A DNA stretch of 43,303 nucleotides from Candidatus Magasanikiibacteriota bacterium (GCA_016212585.1 JACRFU010000062.1:1-43303); one strand, 5' to 3'. Shown: positions 17,538 to 27,253, numbered from the stretch's first letter. Made by a program: numbers and translations. Notes: generated from the sequence alone by a model not told the origin.

Positions 17538-17593
17538 ATAATAACAAAAAAATGCTTGTAATGCAAGAAAAAAATAATGCGTGAAAAACTTGA

Positions 17594-19402
17594 TTATCTC
17601 TCTCTGCTCGCGCGCAAAGCGTTCAATATGGCAACCACATCTATAAGCTCTTGCACCACGGCGCCGGTAAGGGGAGGCAATCCGCCCAGAGCGGCCACTA
17701 TCATGCCTATGCCGCTCAAACCCATGCCGATAAAAATACTCGTGAACGCAATCCGCACGGTGCGCCTGGCTATACCAAGCGCGTCGCACACCAAAGAAAA
17801 CTCACCACCCAAAAACACAATATCCGCCGCGTCCGACGCGGCCGTGCGTTCTTCATTTGAAAACACCAATCCCACATCCGCCGTGGCAAGCGCCGGCGCG
17901 TCGTTGATGCCGTCTCCCACCATTGCAATGCGAAAGCCTTTTTGTTTCAAATCCGCGACACCTCTCTGTTTGTCTTCCGGCGACATTTCCGCGGTTACCT
18001 GCACATGCGTGCCCAGCGCCTCCCGCACTCGCGCCGCGGCCGCCTCTTTGTCTCCGGTAAAAATACGCAATAAAAATTTCTGGCTCTGCAAGCGTTCAAT
18101 AATCGCGCGCGACTCATATTTTATTTCATCTTCAATAAAAAATGTCGCCGCAAGCACTTCATTTTCATAAAGCCCTACCGCCATGCTGTTATGATCTTGT
18201 ACTTTGGTCACAAAAAAATGCGAACAGGCAACAACCCCGCCAATTCCCTTTCCAATCTGTTCTTCCACTTTTTGCGCCTGCATCATGGGCGCATGCACGC
18301 TATGCGCGTATGAAACAACAGACTTTGCAAGAGGATGCAAAGAGTTTCGTTCCAGTGCGGACGCAATGCCAACCAACTCTTCCACACTGCGCGTGACGGA
18401 ATGAGACTCCACACTCGTAACGCGCGGCACGCCGAGTGTGATAGTGCCAGTCTTATCAAACACCAACGCGTTCACACGCGCGAGCGTCTCCAAGCTCGCA
18501 AGGCGCTTTACAATAATTCTACGTTTTGCCGCGGCATTAACCCCGCCCAAAAGCGCGATTGGTGTTGCCAAAATCAACGGGCACGGCGTGGCAATAACCA
18601 GCACCGCCAAAACACGACCCCACTCGCCGGAAATAAAATACGCACCCGCCGCGATGACGAGCGTAACCGCGGCAAACCAACCGCTTGCTTTGTCCGCAAG
18701 GCGTATGAGCGGCGCTTTTTCTCCCTGCGCTTTTTCCACCAACTCAATAATCTTATGATAGGTGGAGTCTTTTTCTTCCGCGGTCACACGCACCACAACC
18801 GCGTCTCCTTTGTTCACCGTACCACTGCGCACTACATCACCTTTGATTTTATCTATAATATACGGCTCGCCGGTGATTGATGATTCATCAGTAAGACCAT
18901 TTTCAGATTCCAAAATACCATCCAATGGTATAACTTCTCCCTTGCGGATACAAATCGCATCTCCCACGCGCACTTGCGCGATAGATCGTTTCTCTCCCGG
19001 ATTACCCTCAACCGCCATTAAAATATCCCGCGGAATACGCCCTATGAGCGATGTCAAAGATTTTCGTGCCAACTGCACGCCGTATGCTTCAAGCGCGCGA
19101 CCGGTGGACGCCATAAACGCAATCACAAGCGCCACCACATATTGACCCATCACAAGCGCCACCAGCAACGCCAAAAGAGCGATGTAGTCTATAGCATACC
19201 TACGCGCGCGCAATTCTTGCCATGTTTCTTTTATAAGCGGAGCACTGCCAAAAGCCACACCCACATACGCAACACCAACCGCTATCTCCGCAAATGCGAT
19301 AACGCGCAAAAGCGCATACAAAACAAAACACACCCCTACAAACAAAGGTCCTTTCCACCAGGTAATTAACGAACGGATAATCATTTTTTGCTTTCTAACC
19401 AA
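17594..19402 (-). CDS. Heavy-metal-translocating P1B-type ATPase without an N-terminal metal-binding domain
   Basis: 602 aa with DKTGTIT, MVGDGINDAPALA and the transmembrane motif ATPCPL. An alternative ATG at 19384 gives an ATGA overlap with the AbiEii stop. Confidence 0.88.
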   Translation of the reverse strand: MVRKQKMIIRSLITWWKGPLFVGVCFVLYALLRVIAFAEIAVGVAYVGVAFGSAPLIKETWQELRARRYAIDYIALLALLVALVMGQYVVALVIAFMASTGRALEAYGVQLARKSLTSLIGRIPRDILMAVEGNPGEKRSIAQVRVGDAICIRKGEVIPLDGILESENGLTDESSITGEPYIIDKIKGDVVRSGTVNKGDAVVVRVTAEEKDSTYHKIIELVEKAQGEKAPLIRLADKASGWFAAVTLVIAAGAYFISGEWGRVLAVLVIATPCPLILATPIALLGGVNAAAKRRIIVKRLASLETLARVNALVFDKTGTITLGVPRVTSVESHSVTRSVEELVGIASALERNSLHPLAKSVVSYAHSVHAPMMQAQKVEEQIGKGIGGVVACSHFFVTKVQDHNSMAVGLYENEVLAATFFIEDEIKYESRAIIERLQSQKFLLRIFTGDKEAAAARVREALGTHVQVTAEMSPEDKQRGVADLKQKGFRIAMVGDGINDAPALATADVGLVFSNEERTAASDAADIVFLGGEFSLVCDALGIARRTVRIAFTSIFIGMGLSGIGMIVAALGGLPPLTGAVVQELIDVVAILNALRASRER

Positions 19403-20076
19403 GCTTGTAATAAAAATATTGTTTCGGTTCGCAACTTTACTCGAGCCCAGTCTTTCTGCGATTCATTGAGCATCTCCCCAAGACCGTCAAGGATATGTCG
19501 GTTATCCATTTTCTCTAAAAGTTCTACGCATTTAACCAAAACATCTTTAAATGGCATCTTGGCACGATCTTCAACCAATTTTATATTTATCGGCCAATTA
19601 TTTTTAGCAAAAAAATACACATCATATACATCACGACTCGTTTTGCCGATTCGTTCATACATGGCCATTAACTTATTGGCAAACATATCTTCTTTGACCA
19701 TCACGGGCATTGAAATTCCCAATAATATTTTTAATTCATAGCGAGAACCAAAATTTCGACGATTGACTTCTATCTTGATATTCTGAGATTTTAAATCGTA
19801 TGAAATAACCGTGACCAAATTAAATCTTTTAATCCTTGCGTCAACAATTTTGCCATAACTCACGGAAATCTTTTGAATTTTCTCAAATACTTGCTTCTCC
19901 TTGCTTTCATCCAAAAGATCAAGGTCAATATCAACAGAATTGCGGGTTAAGTCATAAAACATAAGAGCGGCAGTCCCGCCTTTAAAACCTAGATAAGGAG
20001 AGAGTGATGTATCAGAAAAAATATCTTTCAAAATTTGTAATAAGATATTTTTATGTTTCGGATAGTCTAACGTCAT
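19381..20076 (-). CDS. AbiEii / DUF1814 nucleotidyltransferase toxin (type IV TA)
   Basis: 231 aa with GFKGGTAALMFYDLTRNSVDIDLDL. Lies immediately downstream of an AbiEi-like gene. Confidence 0.8.
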   Translation of the reverse strand: MTLDYPKHKNILLQILKDIFSDTSLSPYLGFKGGTAALMFYDLTRNSVDIDLDLLDESKEKQVFEKIQKISVSYGKIVDARIKRFNLVTVISYDLKSQNIKIEVNRRNFGSRYELKILLGISMPVMVKEDMFANKLMAMYERIGKTSRDVYDVYFFAKNNWPINIKLVEDRAKMPFKDVLVKCVELLEKMDNRHILDGLGEMLNESQKDWARVKLRTETIFLLQAWLESKK

Positions 20077-20087
20077 ACCCTTTTATC

Positions 20088-20648
20088 TCATAATTTATTG
20101 TCTTTGTAATGTTTTAAATATTCCGCAACCTTTTTTTCCATTCTCTTGTTACGATATATCGGCAAAATTTCAAAAACTTTTTCCCAATCCAAAACATCCA
20201 AGTGATCAAAATGGTAATCTTTACTAATATATATCCTATCCAAAAATGCCCGTTCTTTTGTGGCCGTAGATATGTCATTTGTATGTTCAATTCCCATTGT
20301 GTTGCTTAAAACGTAATCTTTCATCCTGATGAAAGATATCTTTTGTCCATCAGCTTCAATCTCACGAGTAACATATGAAGCAACAAAAATGTTTCCGTAA
20401 TATTGAAAATTTACTCCGGCACGTGTTAATACCGTTTCAAAACTGATATATGAAGGGGTATAAATTCTAGTAGCCAACTCAAAACGGTTATAGTTTTTAT
20501 CTTTAGCGTAAATACCCTGATAAATTCTAATCAATTTCCCTTTTTTTGCATAATTGCTTAATCTTACCCGAACATTGGTTGTGCCTTGTTCACCCCACAA
20601 CAAAGCAATGTCTCTAGTGGAAAAGACAGTTTTAGGAGATCGTAACAA
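20088..20648 (-). CDS. AbiEi-type antitoxin / transcriptional regulator
   Basis: 186 aa with FSTRDIALLWG...KKGKLIRIYQGIYA...TPSYISFETVLTRAGV (AbiEi_4-like). Confidence 0.75.
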   Translation of the reverse strand: MLRSPKTVFSTRDIALLWGEQGTTNVRVRLSNYAKKGKLIRIYQGIYAKDKNYNRFELATRIYTPSYISFETVLTRAGVNFQYYGNIFVASYVTREIEADGQKISFIRMKDYVLSNTMGIEHTNDISTATKERAFLDRIYISKDYHFDHLDVLDWEKVFEILPIYRNKRMEKKVAEYLKHYKDNKL

Positions 20649-20764
20649 AATCTCAATATATTCACCTTTTAAGAGTTTTTTATTCGTATGTTTACTGGTA
20701 GTAAGCTTAAAACTTACTTCCAGTACAATTATACACCAAAACTAAATGGAAATCAAGGTCAACA

Positions 20765-20862
20765 CAGACTGTCTGAGAACTGCCATTTTAGAGTTTTTTT
20801 GAAATTTTTTTGGCTAATTTTAACACCGCAATTTTCTAAAAATTGAGTTTCTGGACAGTCTG
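20765..20862 (-). repeat. Divergent short relative of family A (98 bp)
   Basis: CAGACTGTCTGAGAACTGCCATTTTAGAG...TTTCTGGACAGTCTG. Termini are a 9-bp inverted repeat (CAGACTGTC / GACAGTCTG). GACTGTC..GCCATTTT and the TTTGAAATTTTTTTGGCT core are shared with family A. Confidence 0.55.
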
Positions 20863-20887
20863 ATAAACCTCTAAATATTTGAAATGT

Positions 20888-22966
20888 CTATTTTTTCTTC
20901 CCTTCAATAATCAACTGCTCAACATTTCTTGGCACATCCGAGTAGTGCGAAAATTCCATAGAGTAACTCGCGCGGCCTTGCGTCATAGAACGCAGTTCCG
21001 TTGCGTAGCCAAACATTTCAGAGAGCGGCACATCAGCATCTATCACCTTAATCCCCGCGCGATCGCGCATTTCTTTAATCTGTGCGCGTTTGGAGTTGAG
21101 ATTGCCAATAACGTCTCCCATAAATTGTTCCGGCGTTACCACTTCCACTTTCATAATCGGTTCCAAAATTACCGGCTTTGCTTTTTTAACCGCTTCTTGC
21201 AAAGCAAATGATCCTGCCAATTTAAATGCCTGCTCGGAAGAGTCAACTTCATGATATGAACCGTCAAACACCGTGGCCTTCACGTCAATCATGGGGTAGC
21301 CTGCCACCACACCGCGATCCAATGCTTCTTTGACGCCTTTTTGAATTGCGGGAATGTATTCTTTTGGAATCACACCGCCTTTTACTTCATCTTCAAACTC
21401 GTATCCTTTGCCTACTTCGTTTGGTTCAATCTTCAGCCAGCAATGGCCATATTGTCCACGACCGCCGGATTGGCGAATGTATTTACCTTCTGCTTTCGCG
21501 CTGGCGCGAATCGTTTCTTTGTACGCCACTTGCGGAGTACCAATGTTTGCTTCAACTTTAAACTCCCGTTTCATGCGATCCACAATAATTTCCAAATGCA
21601 GTTCCCCCATACCGGAAATGAGCGTCTGCATGGTTTCCGGATCGGACTTAATACGGAATGTGGGGTCTTCTTCACCCAATTTTTGCAAAGCAACACCCAT
21701 TTTTTCCTGATCCGCTTTAGTTTTGGGTTCAATCGCCACGGAAATAACCGGTTCCGGAAATGTGATAGATTCAAGAATTACCGGCCGGTCCGTTGAACAA
21801 ATCGTGTGTCCGGTAAAGGTGCTTTTTAATCCCACAATCGCGGCAATTTCGCCCGCGTACACTTCTTGCACTTCTTCACGGCTGTTGGCGTGCATGCGCA
21901 CAATGCGCCCCACCCGTTCTTTTTCACCGGTGATGGTATTGATCACATAAGAACCGGACTGCAAAATACCGGAATACACCCGAAAATACGCGAGCTTCCC
22001 CACAAACGGGTCGCTTGCGATTTTGAATACCAATCCCGCAAATGGTTCGTTATCCACGGGATGAACTTCAATCATTTTGGTCTCGTCATCCGAATCTTTG
22101 CCAATGAGCGCTGGCACATCCAAAGGCGATGGAAGAAAATCAACCACCGCGTCAAGCATAAATTGCACACCTTTGTTCTTGAGAGCACTTCCGCACAAAA
22201 TGGGAACAATTTCAAACTTCACCACCGCGGCACGCAAAACTTTTTTCAAATCCGCAACAAGAATTTCTTCTCCTACAAGATACTTGGTCATGAGAGCTTC
22301 ATCATTTTCAACAATTTTCTCAATGAGTTTGGTACGATATTCTTCCACTTTTGCTTTCATGTCTTCCGGCGGGTCAGATTCTTCAATTTCTCGTCCCAAA
22401 TCATCTTTATAGATATACGCGCGGCGGGTCAGCAAATCAATAATTCCTTTGAAATGTTCCTCGTCGCCGATAGGCAACTGATACGGAAGCGCGTTGGGTG
22501 TAAGGCGTTCGTTGATTGAACGAACATCTTTGAAGAAATCCGCGCCCATTCGGTCAAGCTTGTTCACAAAACAAATACGCGGCACTTTGTATTTGTCCGC
22601 TTGGCGCCACACGGTTTCGGATTGCGGCTCTACACCCGCTACACCGTCAAACACCACCACACCGCCGTCCAGCACACGCAACGATCGTTCCACTTCCGCG
22701 GTAAAATCCACGTGACCGGGGGTGTCAATAATGTTAATGCGAGTGTTCTTCCAAAAACAGGTGGTTGCGGCGGCGGTAATGGTAATGCCACGCTCCTGCT
22801 CTTGTTCCATCCAGTCCATAGTGGCGGCGCCTTCATGCACTTCACCAATTTTGTGTTTCTTGCCGGTATAAAACAAAATGCGTTCACTCACTGTAGTTTT
22901 ACCGGCATCAATGTGCGCGATAATACCAATGTTGCGAGTTCGTTCTTGAGAATATTCACGAGGCAT
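20888..22966 (-). CDS. fusA: Elongation factor G
   Basis: 692 aa with [17 protein letters not shown] and NKLD motifs. Position follows rpsG. Confidence 0.98.
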   Translation of the reverse strand: MPREYSQERTRNIGIIAHIDAGKTTVSERILFYTGKKHKIGEVHEGAATMDWMEQEQERGITITAAATTCFWKNTRINIIDTPGHVDFTAEVERSLRVLDGGVVVFDGVAGVEPQSETVWRQADKYKVPRICFVNKLDRMGADFFKDVRSINERLTPNALPYQLPIGDEEHFKGIIDLLTRRAYIYKDDLGREIEESDPPEDMKAKVEEYRTKLIEKIVENDEALMTKYLVGEEILVADLKKVLRAAVVKFEIVPILCGSALKNKGVQFMLDAVVDFLPSPLDVPALIGKDSDDETKMIEVHPVDNEPFAGLVFKIASDPFVGKLAYFRVYSGILQSGSYVINTITGEKERVGRIVRMHANSREEVQEVYAGEIAAIVGLKSTFTGHTICSTDRPVILESITFPEPVISVAIEPKTKADQEKMGVALQKLGEEDPTFRIKSDPETMQTLISGMGELHLEIIVDRMKREFKVEANIGTPQVAYKETIRASAKAEGKYIRQSGGRGQYGHCWLKIEPNEVGKGYEFEDEVKGGVIPKEYIPAIQKGVKEALDRGVVAGYPMIDVKATVFDGSYHEVDSSEQAFKLAGSFALQEAVKKAKPVILEPIMKVEVVTPEQFMGDVIGNLNSKRAQIKEMRDRAGIKVIDADVPLSEMFGYATELRSMTQGRASYSMEFSHYSDVPRNVEQLIIEGKKK

Positions 22967-22978
22967 AAAAGTTCAAAA

Positions 22979-23446
22979 TTAACGAGCAAAATGAGCGAAT
23001 GCTTTGTTGGCGTCTGCCATGCGGTGCACATCGGCGCGTTTGCGCACGGCGTCACCTTGGTTCTCGGCGGCGGCCATTATCTCTTCGGCAAGTTTTTTAT
23101 GCATAGGCTTGCCTTTCTTGGCGCTCGCCGCGGCAATAAGCCAACGGAACGCGAGTGCGCGCTGGCGTTCTCCGCGCACCGGTATGGGAATCTGATAATT
23201 AGCGCCTCCCACGCGGCGGGATTTCACTTCTACCGTGGGAGAGAGATTCTTGTATGCAGAATCAAAAACCTCCATAGGGTCTTTATTCACCATTGATTTG
23301 ATAAAATCAAACGCGCCGTACACAATTTTTTGCGCGATGGTTTTTTTGCCGCGTTCCATGATGGTATTGATGAGTTTTGCAATCAATTCGCTTTGATAGC
23401 GTGGATCCGGAAGAATTTTTCGTTTAGGGGCTTGTTTTCCGCGCAT
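22979..23446 (-). CDS. rpsG: 30S ribosomal protein S7
   Basis: 155 aa with typical S7 sequence (..VEVKSRRVGGANYQIPIPV..). Confidence 0.95.
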   Translation of the reverse strand: MRGKQAPKRKILPDPRYQSELIAKLINTIMERGKKTIAQKIVYGAFDFIKSMVNKDPMEVFDSAYKNLSPTVEVKSRRVGGANYQIPIPVRGERQRALAFRWLIAAASAKKGKPMHKKLAEEIMAAAENQGDAVRKRADVHRMADANKAFAHFAR

Positions 23447-23448
23447 AT

Positions 23449-23868
23449 TTATTTCTTAGGTTTCTTAATCCCATAGAGCGAACGGCTCCGTCTGCGTCCA
23501 GCAGCTCCTTGCGTGTCATATACGCCGCGCACAATGTGATACCGCACGCCGGGCAAATCTTTTACACGGCCGCCGCGAATCATGACAATGGAGTGTTCTT
23601 GCAAATTATGGCCAATACCCGGAATATACGCGGTTACTTCCATGCCGTTAGAAAGACGGACACGGGCGATTTTGCGCAAAGCGGAGTTTGGTTTTTTAGG
23701 GGTCATGGTGGTTACCTTGGTGCACACTCCGCGCAAAAACGGCCGGCCTTCCGCAAGCGATTTGCGGCGGCGGTGCAAAGTGTCCAGACCAACCTGAAGC
23801 GCGGGAGCCTTGCTTTTGTACTTCTGTACTTTGCGCCCCTTCTTAATCAATTGATGTATAGTAGGCAT
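23449..23868 (-). CDS. rpsL: 30S ribosomal protein S12
   Basis: Start placed at [13 protein letters not shown]. Contains [20 protein letters not shown]. Confidence 0.95.
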   Translation of the reverse strand: MPTIHQLIKKGRKVQKYKSKAPALQVGLDTLHRRRKSLAEGRPFLRGVCTKVTTMTPKKPNSALRKIARVRLSNGMEVTAYIPGIGHNLQEHSIVMIRGGRVKDLPGVRYHIVRGVYDTQGAAGRRRSRSLYGIKKPKK

Positions 23869-23966
23869 AAATAAAATAAAAACACTAATAATTAGTGCAA
23901 CTCTTTTTTTAAAGCGCGGGGCTTCCAACCACGAAAGCTTGCCTTTGCTTTTATTAACGTGAGATA

Positions 23967-23995
23967 AGTATATGATATGACGAAAAATATGTCAA
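23967..23995 (-). promoter_or_regulatory. Candidate str-operon promoter
   Basis: On the minus strand: TTGACA, 17 nt, TATACT. It lies about 100 nt upstream of the rpsL ATG. Confidence 0.5.
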
Positions 23996-24055
23996 GATTG
24001 CGCAATCTGGGCAAGAGTCTAATCTAAATGCACCACGATACATCACGGCTCACGT

Positions 24056-24084
24056 TTGACAACCTTTTACCAATAAGTTAAACT
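24056..24084 (+). promoter_or_regulatory. Candidate promoter for the Phd/RelE-like pair
   Basis: TTGACA, 17 nt, TAAACT. The direct repeat TTAAACTAT occurs at about 24078 and 24107 and could be an operator. Confidence 0.4.
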
Positions 24085-24113
24085 ATAGATAATCTTAAGT
24101 TTAACCTTAAACT

Positions 24114-24338
24114 ATGCAGAAAATCAGCACAATTGTTGGAGTAAAAGAACTCCGAGAAAATTTAGACACATTTATCGCACAAATCAATAAAGGCGCGCGT
24201 TTCACCGTGGTGAGGCGTTCAAAACCCGTCTTTATCATAACACCTGTTACTGCGGATGAAGAATGGGAAGAAGTCGCGGATTTTACCAAAATTAAAAAAG
24301 GTGGAATAAAAATTGAGGAAATTTTATCCCGGCTATAG
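24114..24338 (+). CDS. Phd/YefM-type antitoxin
   Basis: 74 aa; VGVKELRENLDTFIAQINKGARFTVVRRSKPVFIITPV. Lies directly upstream of a RelE/ParE-like ORF. Confidence 0.65.
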   Translation: MQKISTIVGVKELRENLDTFIAQINKGARFTVVRRSKPVFIITPVTADEEWEEVADFTKIKKGGIKIEEILSRL

Positions 24339-24342
24339 CGAT

Positions 24343-24588
24343 ATGACGGATAAAATTCAAAAATCTCTTGACACACTATCTGAAAAAGAAAAAGAAGTTG
24401 TGAAGGATCTGCTCATTAAAATCAAAACCGGGCGACTTTTGGGAGTTGATATCAAAAAATTAAAAGGTAGAGAAGATATCTATCGCGTGCGAAAAGGAAA
24501 AATAAGAATAATTTACAGAACGTCTGCCGATGGAATCTATCTCTTGGCAATAGAGCGGCGAAGTGAAACAACTTATAAAAATTTTTAA
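24343..24588 (+). CDS. RelE/ParE-superfamily toxin
   Basis: 81 aa from the ATG located 4 nt after the antitoxin stop. IKKLKGREDIYRVRKGKIRIIYRTSADGIYLLAIERRSETTY is the classic RelE/StbE C-terminal pattern. Confidence 0.7.
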   Translation: MTDKIQKSLDTLSEKEKEVVKDLLIKIKTGRLLGVDIKKLKGREDIYRVRKGKIRIIYRTSADGIYLLAIERRSETTYKNF

Positions 24589-24615
24589 ATAAAAAAACCA
24601 TGTGTTTGCATGGTT
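24589..24615 (-). terminator. Intrinsic terminator downstream of the 24675-25223 gene
   Basis: Stem AACCATG / CATGGTT with a 6-nt loop, followed on the minus strand by TTTTTATTT. Confidence 0.5.
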
Positions 24616-24674
24616 GAGTGGGGTTGGTTATCTTGTTCTTCTTACACGTGCAACGCGGTCAGGGTTTCAAGAAC

Positions 24675-25223
24675 TTATGCCACGTCGTAAGTGGGCGGAA
24701 AGACCTTGTCGTAGGTGTCCAAAATCACAGGATGTACACCATAGGACACAAGATCTGCGCGGGTGAATTCGTGAAGTCCGAATTCCTTAACGTACTCATT
24801 TGGATCAAGCTGAGTGGCCACATATAGACGTTCATCCGCAGAGAGCTCCACGTAGAATGTGTAAGTGAGCTGATCGAAGCCAATACCATGCGTCTCTGTC
24901 AGTCGATCTCTCAACAAATACCGCACCATGTCCACAAACAGGAAACGCCTTGGTTCCACAGACAGAGAGGTTTCACGGAAGAATGTCGCCGCCATTCCCT
25001 CTCGCGCTTCGAGCCCACACAGAAGCGCACCTCCAATCCACCACAACAAACCTTCAGCAGGTCTATTGATGTGGCGCGCAAGCCAAATTTTCTGGCTCAT
25101 TGTGTCCACAATGACCGCGTAAGTACAGACGCGAACGAAACGGTCCCCTGCCAAATCGCGAAACGTTGACGGTCGGCGACTTGTCATATCTTCTGTATAG
25201 AACTTTGGTTCTATTTTGGACAT
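24675..25223 (-). CDS. Hypothetical protein (182 aa; weak Nudix-like resemblance only)
   Basis: Start placed at MSKIEPKF, preceded by AGGAGAGG 8 nt upstream. IGGALLCGLEAREGMAATFFRETSL only loosely resembles a Nudix box. Looks GC-richer than neighbouring genes by eye. Confidence 0.6.
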   Translation of the reverse strand: MSKIEPKFYTEDMTSRRPSTFRDLAGDRFVRVCTYAVIVDTMSQKIWLARHINRPAEGLLWWIGGALLCGLEAREGMAATFFRETSLSVEPRRFLFVDMVRYLLRDRLTETHGIGFDQLTYTFYVELSADERLYVATQLDPNEYVKEFGLHEFTRADLVSYGVHPVILDTYDKVFPPTYDVA

Positions 25224-25560
25224 GATTTTTGCCTCTCCTGCTGGTTGAATTGTCAAACATCGCGTTGTGCGCGCAAGACTCTCTTGCGGTTGTGAATTAC
25301 GAAACTGCGTTGAAGCAATGGCTTTGAGGGGACTGCGCAACCGCGGGTCGCGTGCGAGCTAGAGCAAAAATCCTTCAAGGATTTTATGCGTACCCCGAAA
25401 ATCTATTGCTTAAAAAAGCTGTTTCGTAATTCACAGCTTACGAAATCGCAATATAGAGTATCATAACATAAAAAAACTATTTGTCCACACCCGCACCCCT
25501 TGCGCTCTAAACGCCGCTATCATAAAATGGGTTGGGCTTGTCTATTAACCTATAACCCTT

Positions 25561-27000
25561 ATGCGCTTCCTATACCCTGAAAATGAACGGCAAGAACTCA
25601 CCTACGAAGACGTATTTTTGATACCCCAGTATTCCGAACTCCCATCGCGAATGGTGGTTGACATAACACCAAGAAACAAACTTGGGACTATCCCCCTGGT
25701 GGTTTCAAACATGAACGCTGTTGCAGGCCGCCGCATGGCGGAAACCATGACGCGCCGCGGCGGTATTGTTGTGTTTCCGCAAGATATGAATTGGGAACGG
25801 GTAGAGCGGAGCGTGCGCTATGTAAAACAATGCCACGCGGTGTATGAGACAGCAGTTGTGCTGAATGAAGACGATGTTGTGCAAAATGGTTTGAATCTTA
25901 TCAACAAACGCGCGCATGGCGCCGTGATTGTGGTGAACAAAGAACAAAAACCTGTTGGTATTTTTACGGAAAAAGAAGCGCGCTATCAGGATCGCTACAC
26001 GGAGCTCAAACGGGTTATGCGTCCGGATCTGGTAACGGTCCCTTCTTCCGCTTCGCCGCAAGAAATTTATACACTTTTGGATAAAAATCGCATCTCGCTC
26101 GCTCCGGTGGTGTATCCAAATGGTACACTTGCCGGTGTAATGACTAAAAAAAGCATGGTGCGTTCTACTCTTTACAAACCCGCGCAAAACGAGCGAGGAG
26201 AATTGCTCACTGCCACGGCTGTGGGCATCAACCGCAAACTAGAAGAAACCATTGGTTTTCTTTTGACAATAGGAGTGGATATCATTGTGCTTGACACCGC
26301 GCATGGACATCAAAAAAGAATGTTGGACGCAATCCGCGTGGCACGCGGTTTGATGGGCCCCACGCGTCCGCTCGTGGCGGGCAACGCGGTTACGCCGGAA
26401 GCGACACGCGACTTTTTGCAAGCGGGAGCGTCAATTGTAAAAGTTGGCGTAGGACCCGGCGCCATGTGCACTACGCGTATGATGACCGGCGTAGGCAGGC
26501 CGCAATTTTCCGCGGTACTGCAATGCTCACGCGTGGCGCGAGAGTCTGGCGGCAGTATATGGGCGGATGGCGGCGTGCGCCACCCGCGCGATGTCGCGCT
26601 TGCGTTGGCGGCCGGCGCAAGCCATGCCATGTTCGGCTCATGGTGGGCAGGAACATATGAAAGCGTGGGGGACATTCAATATGACGAACAAGGCCGCACG
26701 TACAAAGAAAACTTTGGCATGGCGTCACGCCGCGCCGTCATAGACCGCACCAACGCGGCGGAAGTATTTGAGCAAGCGCGCAAAAAATATTTTGAAGAAG
26801 GCATAAGCTCATCGCGTATGTATTTAAAAAAAGGAGAAGAGAGCGCGGAGGATATTATTGATAAAATAACCGCAGGAGTGCGTAGTGCGTGCACTTACGT
26901 CGGCGCCGCCAATCTGGAGGAATTTCACCACAAAGCGCTTGTGGGCGTACAAACCCAAGCGGGATATAATGAAGGTAAGGCATTAAAAGAGAGCTGGTAA
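25561..27000 (+). CDS. IMP dehydrogenase / GMP reductase family protein with CBS pair (GuaB1-like)
   Basis: 479 aa with LTYEDVFLIPQYS, VVSNMNAVAGRRMAETMTRRGG, the catalytic loop VGVGPGAMCTTR and ADGGVRHPRDVALALAAGA. Confidence 0.85.
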   Translation: MRFLYPENERQELTYEDVFLIPQYSELPSRMVVDITPRNKLGTIPLVVSNMNAVAGRRMAETMTRRGGIVVFPQDMNWERVERSVRYVKQCHAVYETAVVLNEDDVVQNGLNLINKRAHGAVIVVNKEQKPVGIFTEKEARYQDRYTELKRVMRPDLVTVPSSASPQEIYTLLDKNRISLAPVVYPNGTLAGVMTKKSMVRSTLYKPAQNERGELLTATAVGINRKLEETIGFLLTIGVDIIVLDTAHGHQKRMLDAIRVARGLMGPTRPLVAGNAVTPEATRDFLQAGASIVKVGVGPGAMCTTRMMTGVGRPQFSAVLQCSRVARESGGSIWADGGVRHPRDVALALAAGASHAMFGSWWAGTYESVGDIQYDEQGRTYKENFGMASRRAVIDRTNAAEVFEQARKKYFEEGISSSRMYLKKGEESAEDIIDKITAGVRSACTYVGAANLEEFHHKALVGVQTQAGYNEGKALKESW

Positions 27001-27022
27001 TATCTGCGCCGCGGGACAAGTA

Positions 27023-27035
27023 TATGGACATCACA
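27023..27035 (+). repeat. Solo 13-nt copy of the family C terminus
   Basis: TATGGACATCACA is identical to 28807-28819 and to the reverse complement of 28976-28988. Confidence 0.55.
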
Positions 27036-27210
27036 AAGAGACCAGTTCATGAAAAAGCCACAACCGTTCACCATGCCACGCGCGTCTTCAGCGTCTGGAT
27101 ACCAATCAAGCGCTTGCAAAAACACTTGAGCGCACTGGACATTTGCGTACTCGACCCAACACCCGTCATTATCAATAAAGCCACAACCTTCCAAAAATTC
27201 ATACAAAATA

Positions 27211-27236
27211 CACTCAATTAACTTTGAGTGCTTTTT
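27211..27236 (+). terminator. Intrinsic terminator-like hairpin
   Basis: CACTCAA, TTAACT loop, TTGAGTG, followed by CTTTTT. It lies about 210 nt downstream of the IMPDH-family stop. Confidence 0.45.
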
Positions 27237-27253
27237 AATCCGCGTGCCTGATA

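Noticed and set aside
15363-23296. Long plus-strand ORFs inside tuf, fusA, rpsG and the ATPase (for example 15363-16061, 18335-18880, 21866-22519, 22601-23296).
   Set aside because: They are antisense shadows of highly conserved minus-strand genes. They have low-complexity or odd composition and no start context.
24675-25340. The full-length 221-aa version of the ORF, and a firm Nudix hydrolase call.
   Set aside because: A strong SD (AGGAGAGG) precedes the internal ATG at 25223, and the upstream part lies in the structured leader. The Nudix-box spacing (Gx5Ex7REUxEE) is not satisfied, so only a weak resemblance is noted.
26925-27221. Two small ORFs in the IMPDH-downstream spacer: a minus-strand 93-aa Cys-rich ORF (26925-27206) and a plus-strand 65-aa ORF (27024-27221).
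   Set aside because: They are mutually exclusive. Neither has a convincing SD. The minus one overlaps the last 25 codons of the IMPDH-family gene, and the plus one starts inside the solo family C 13-mer. There is no basis for calling either a gene.
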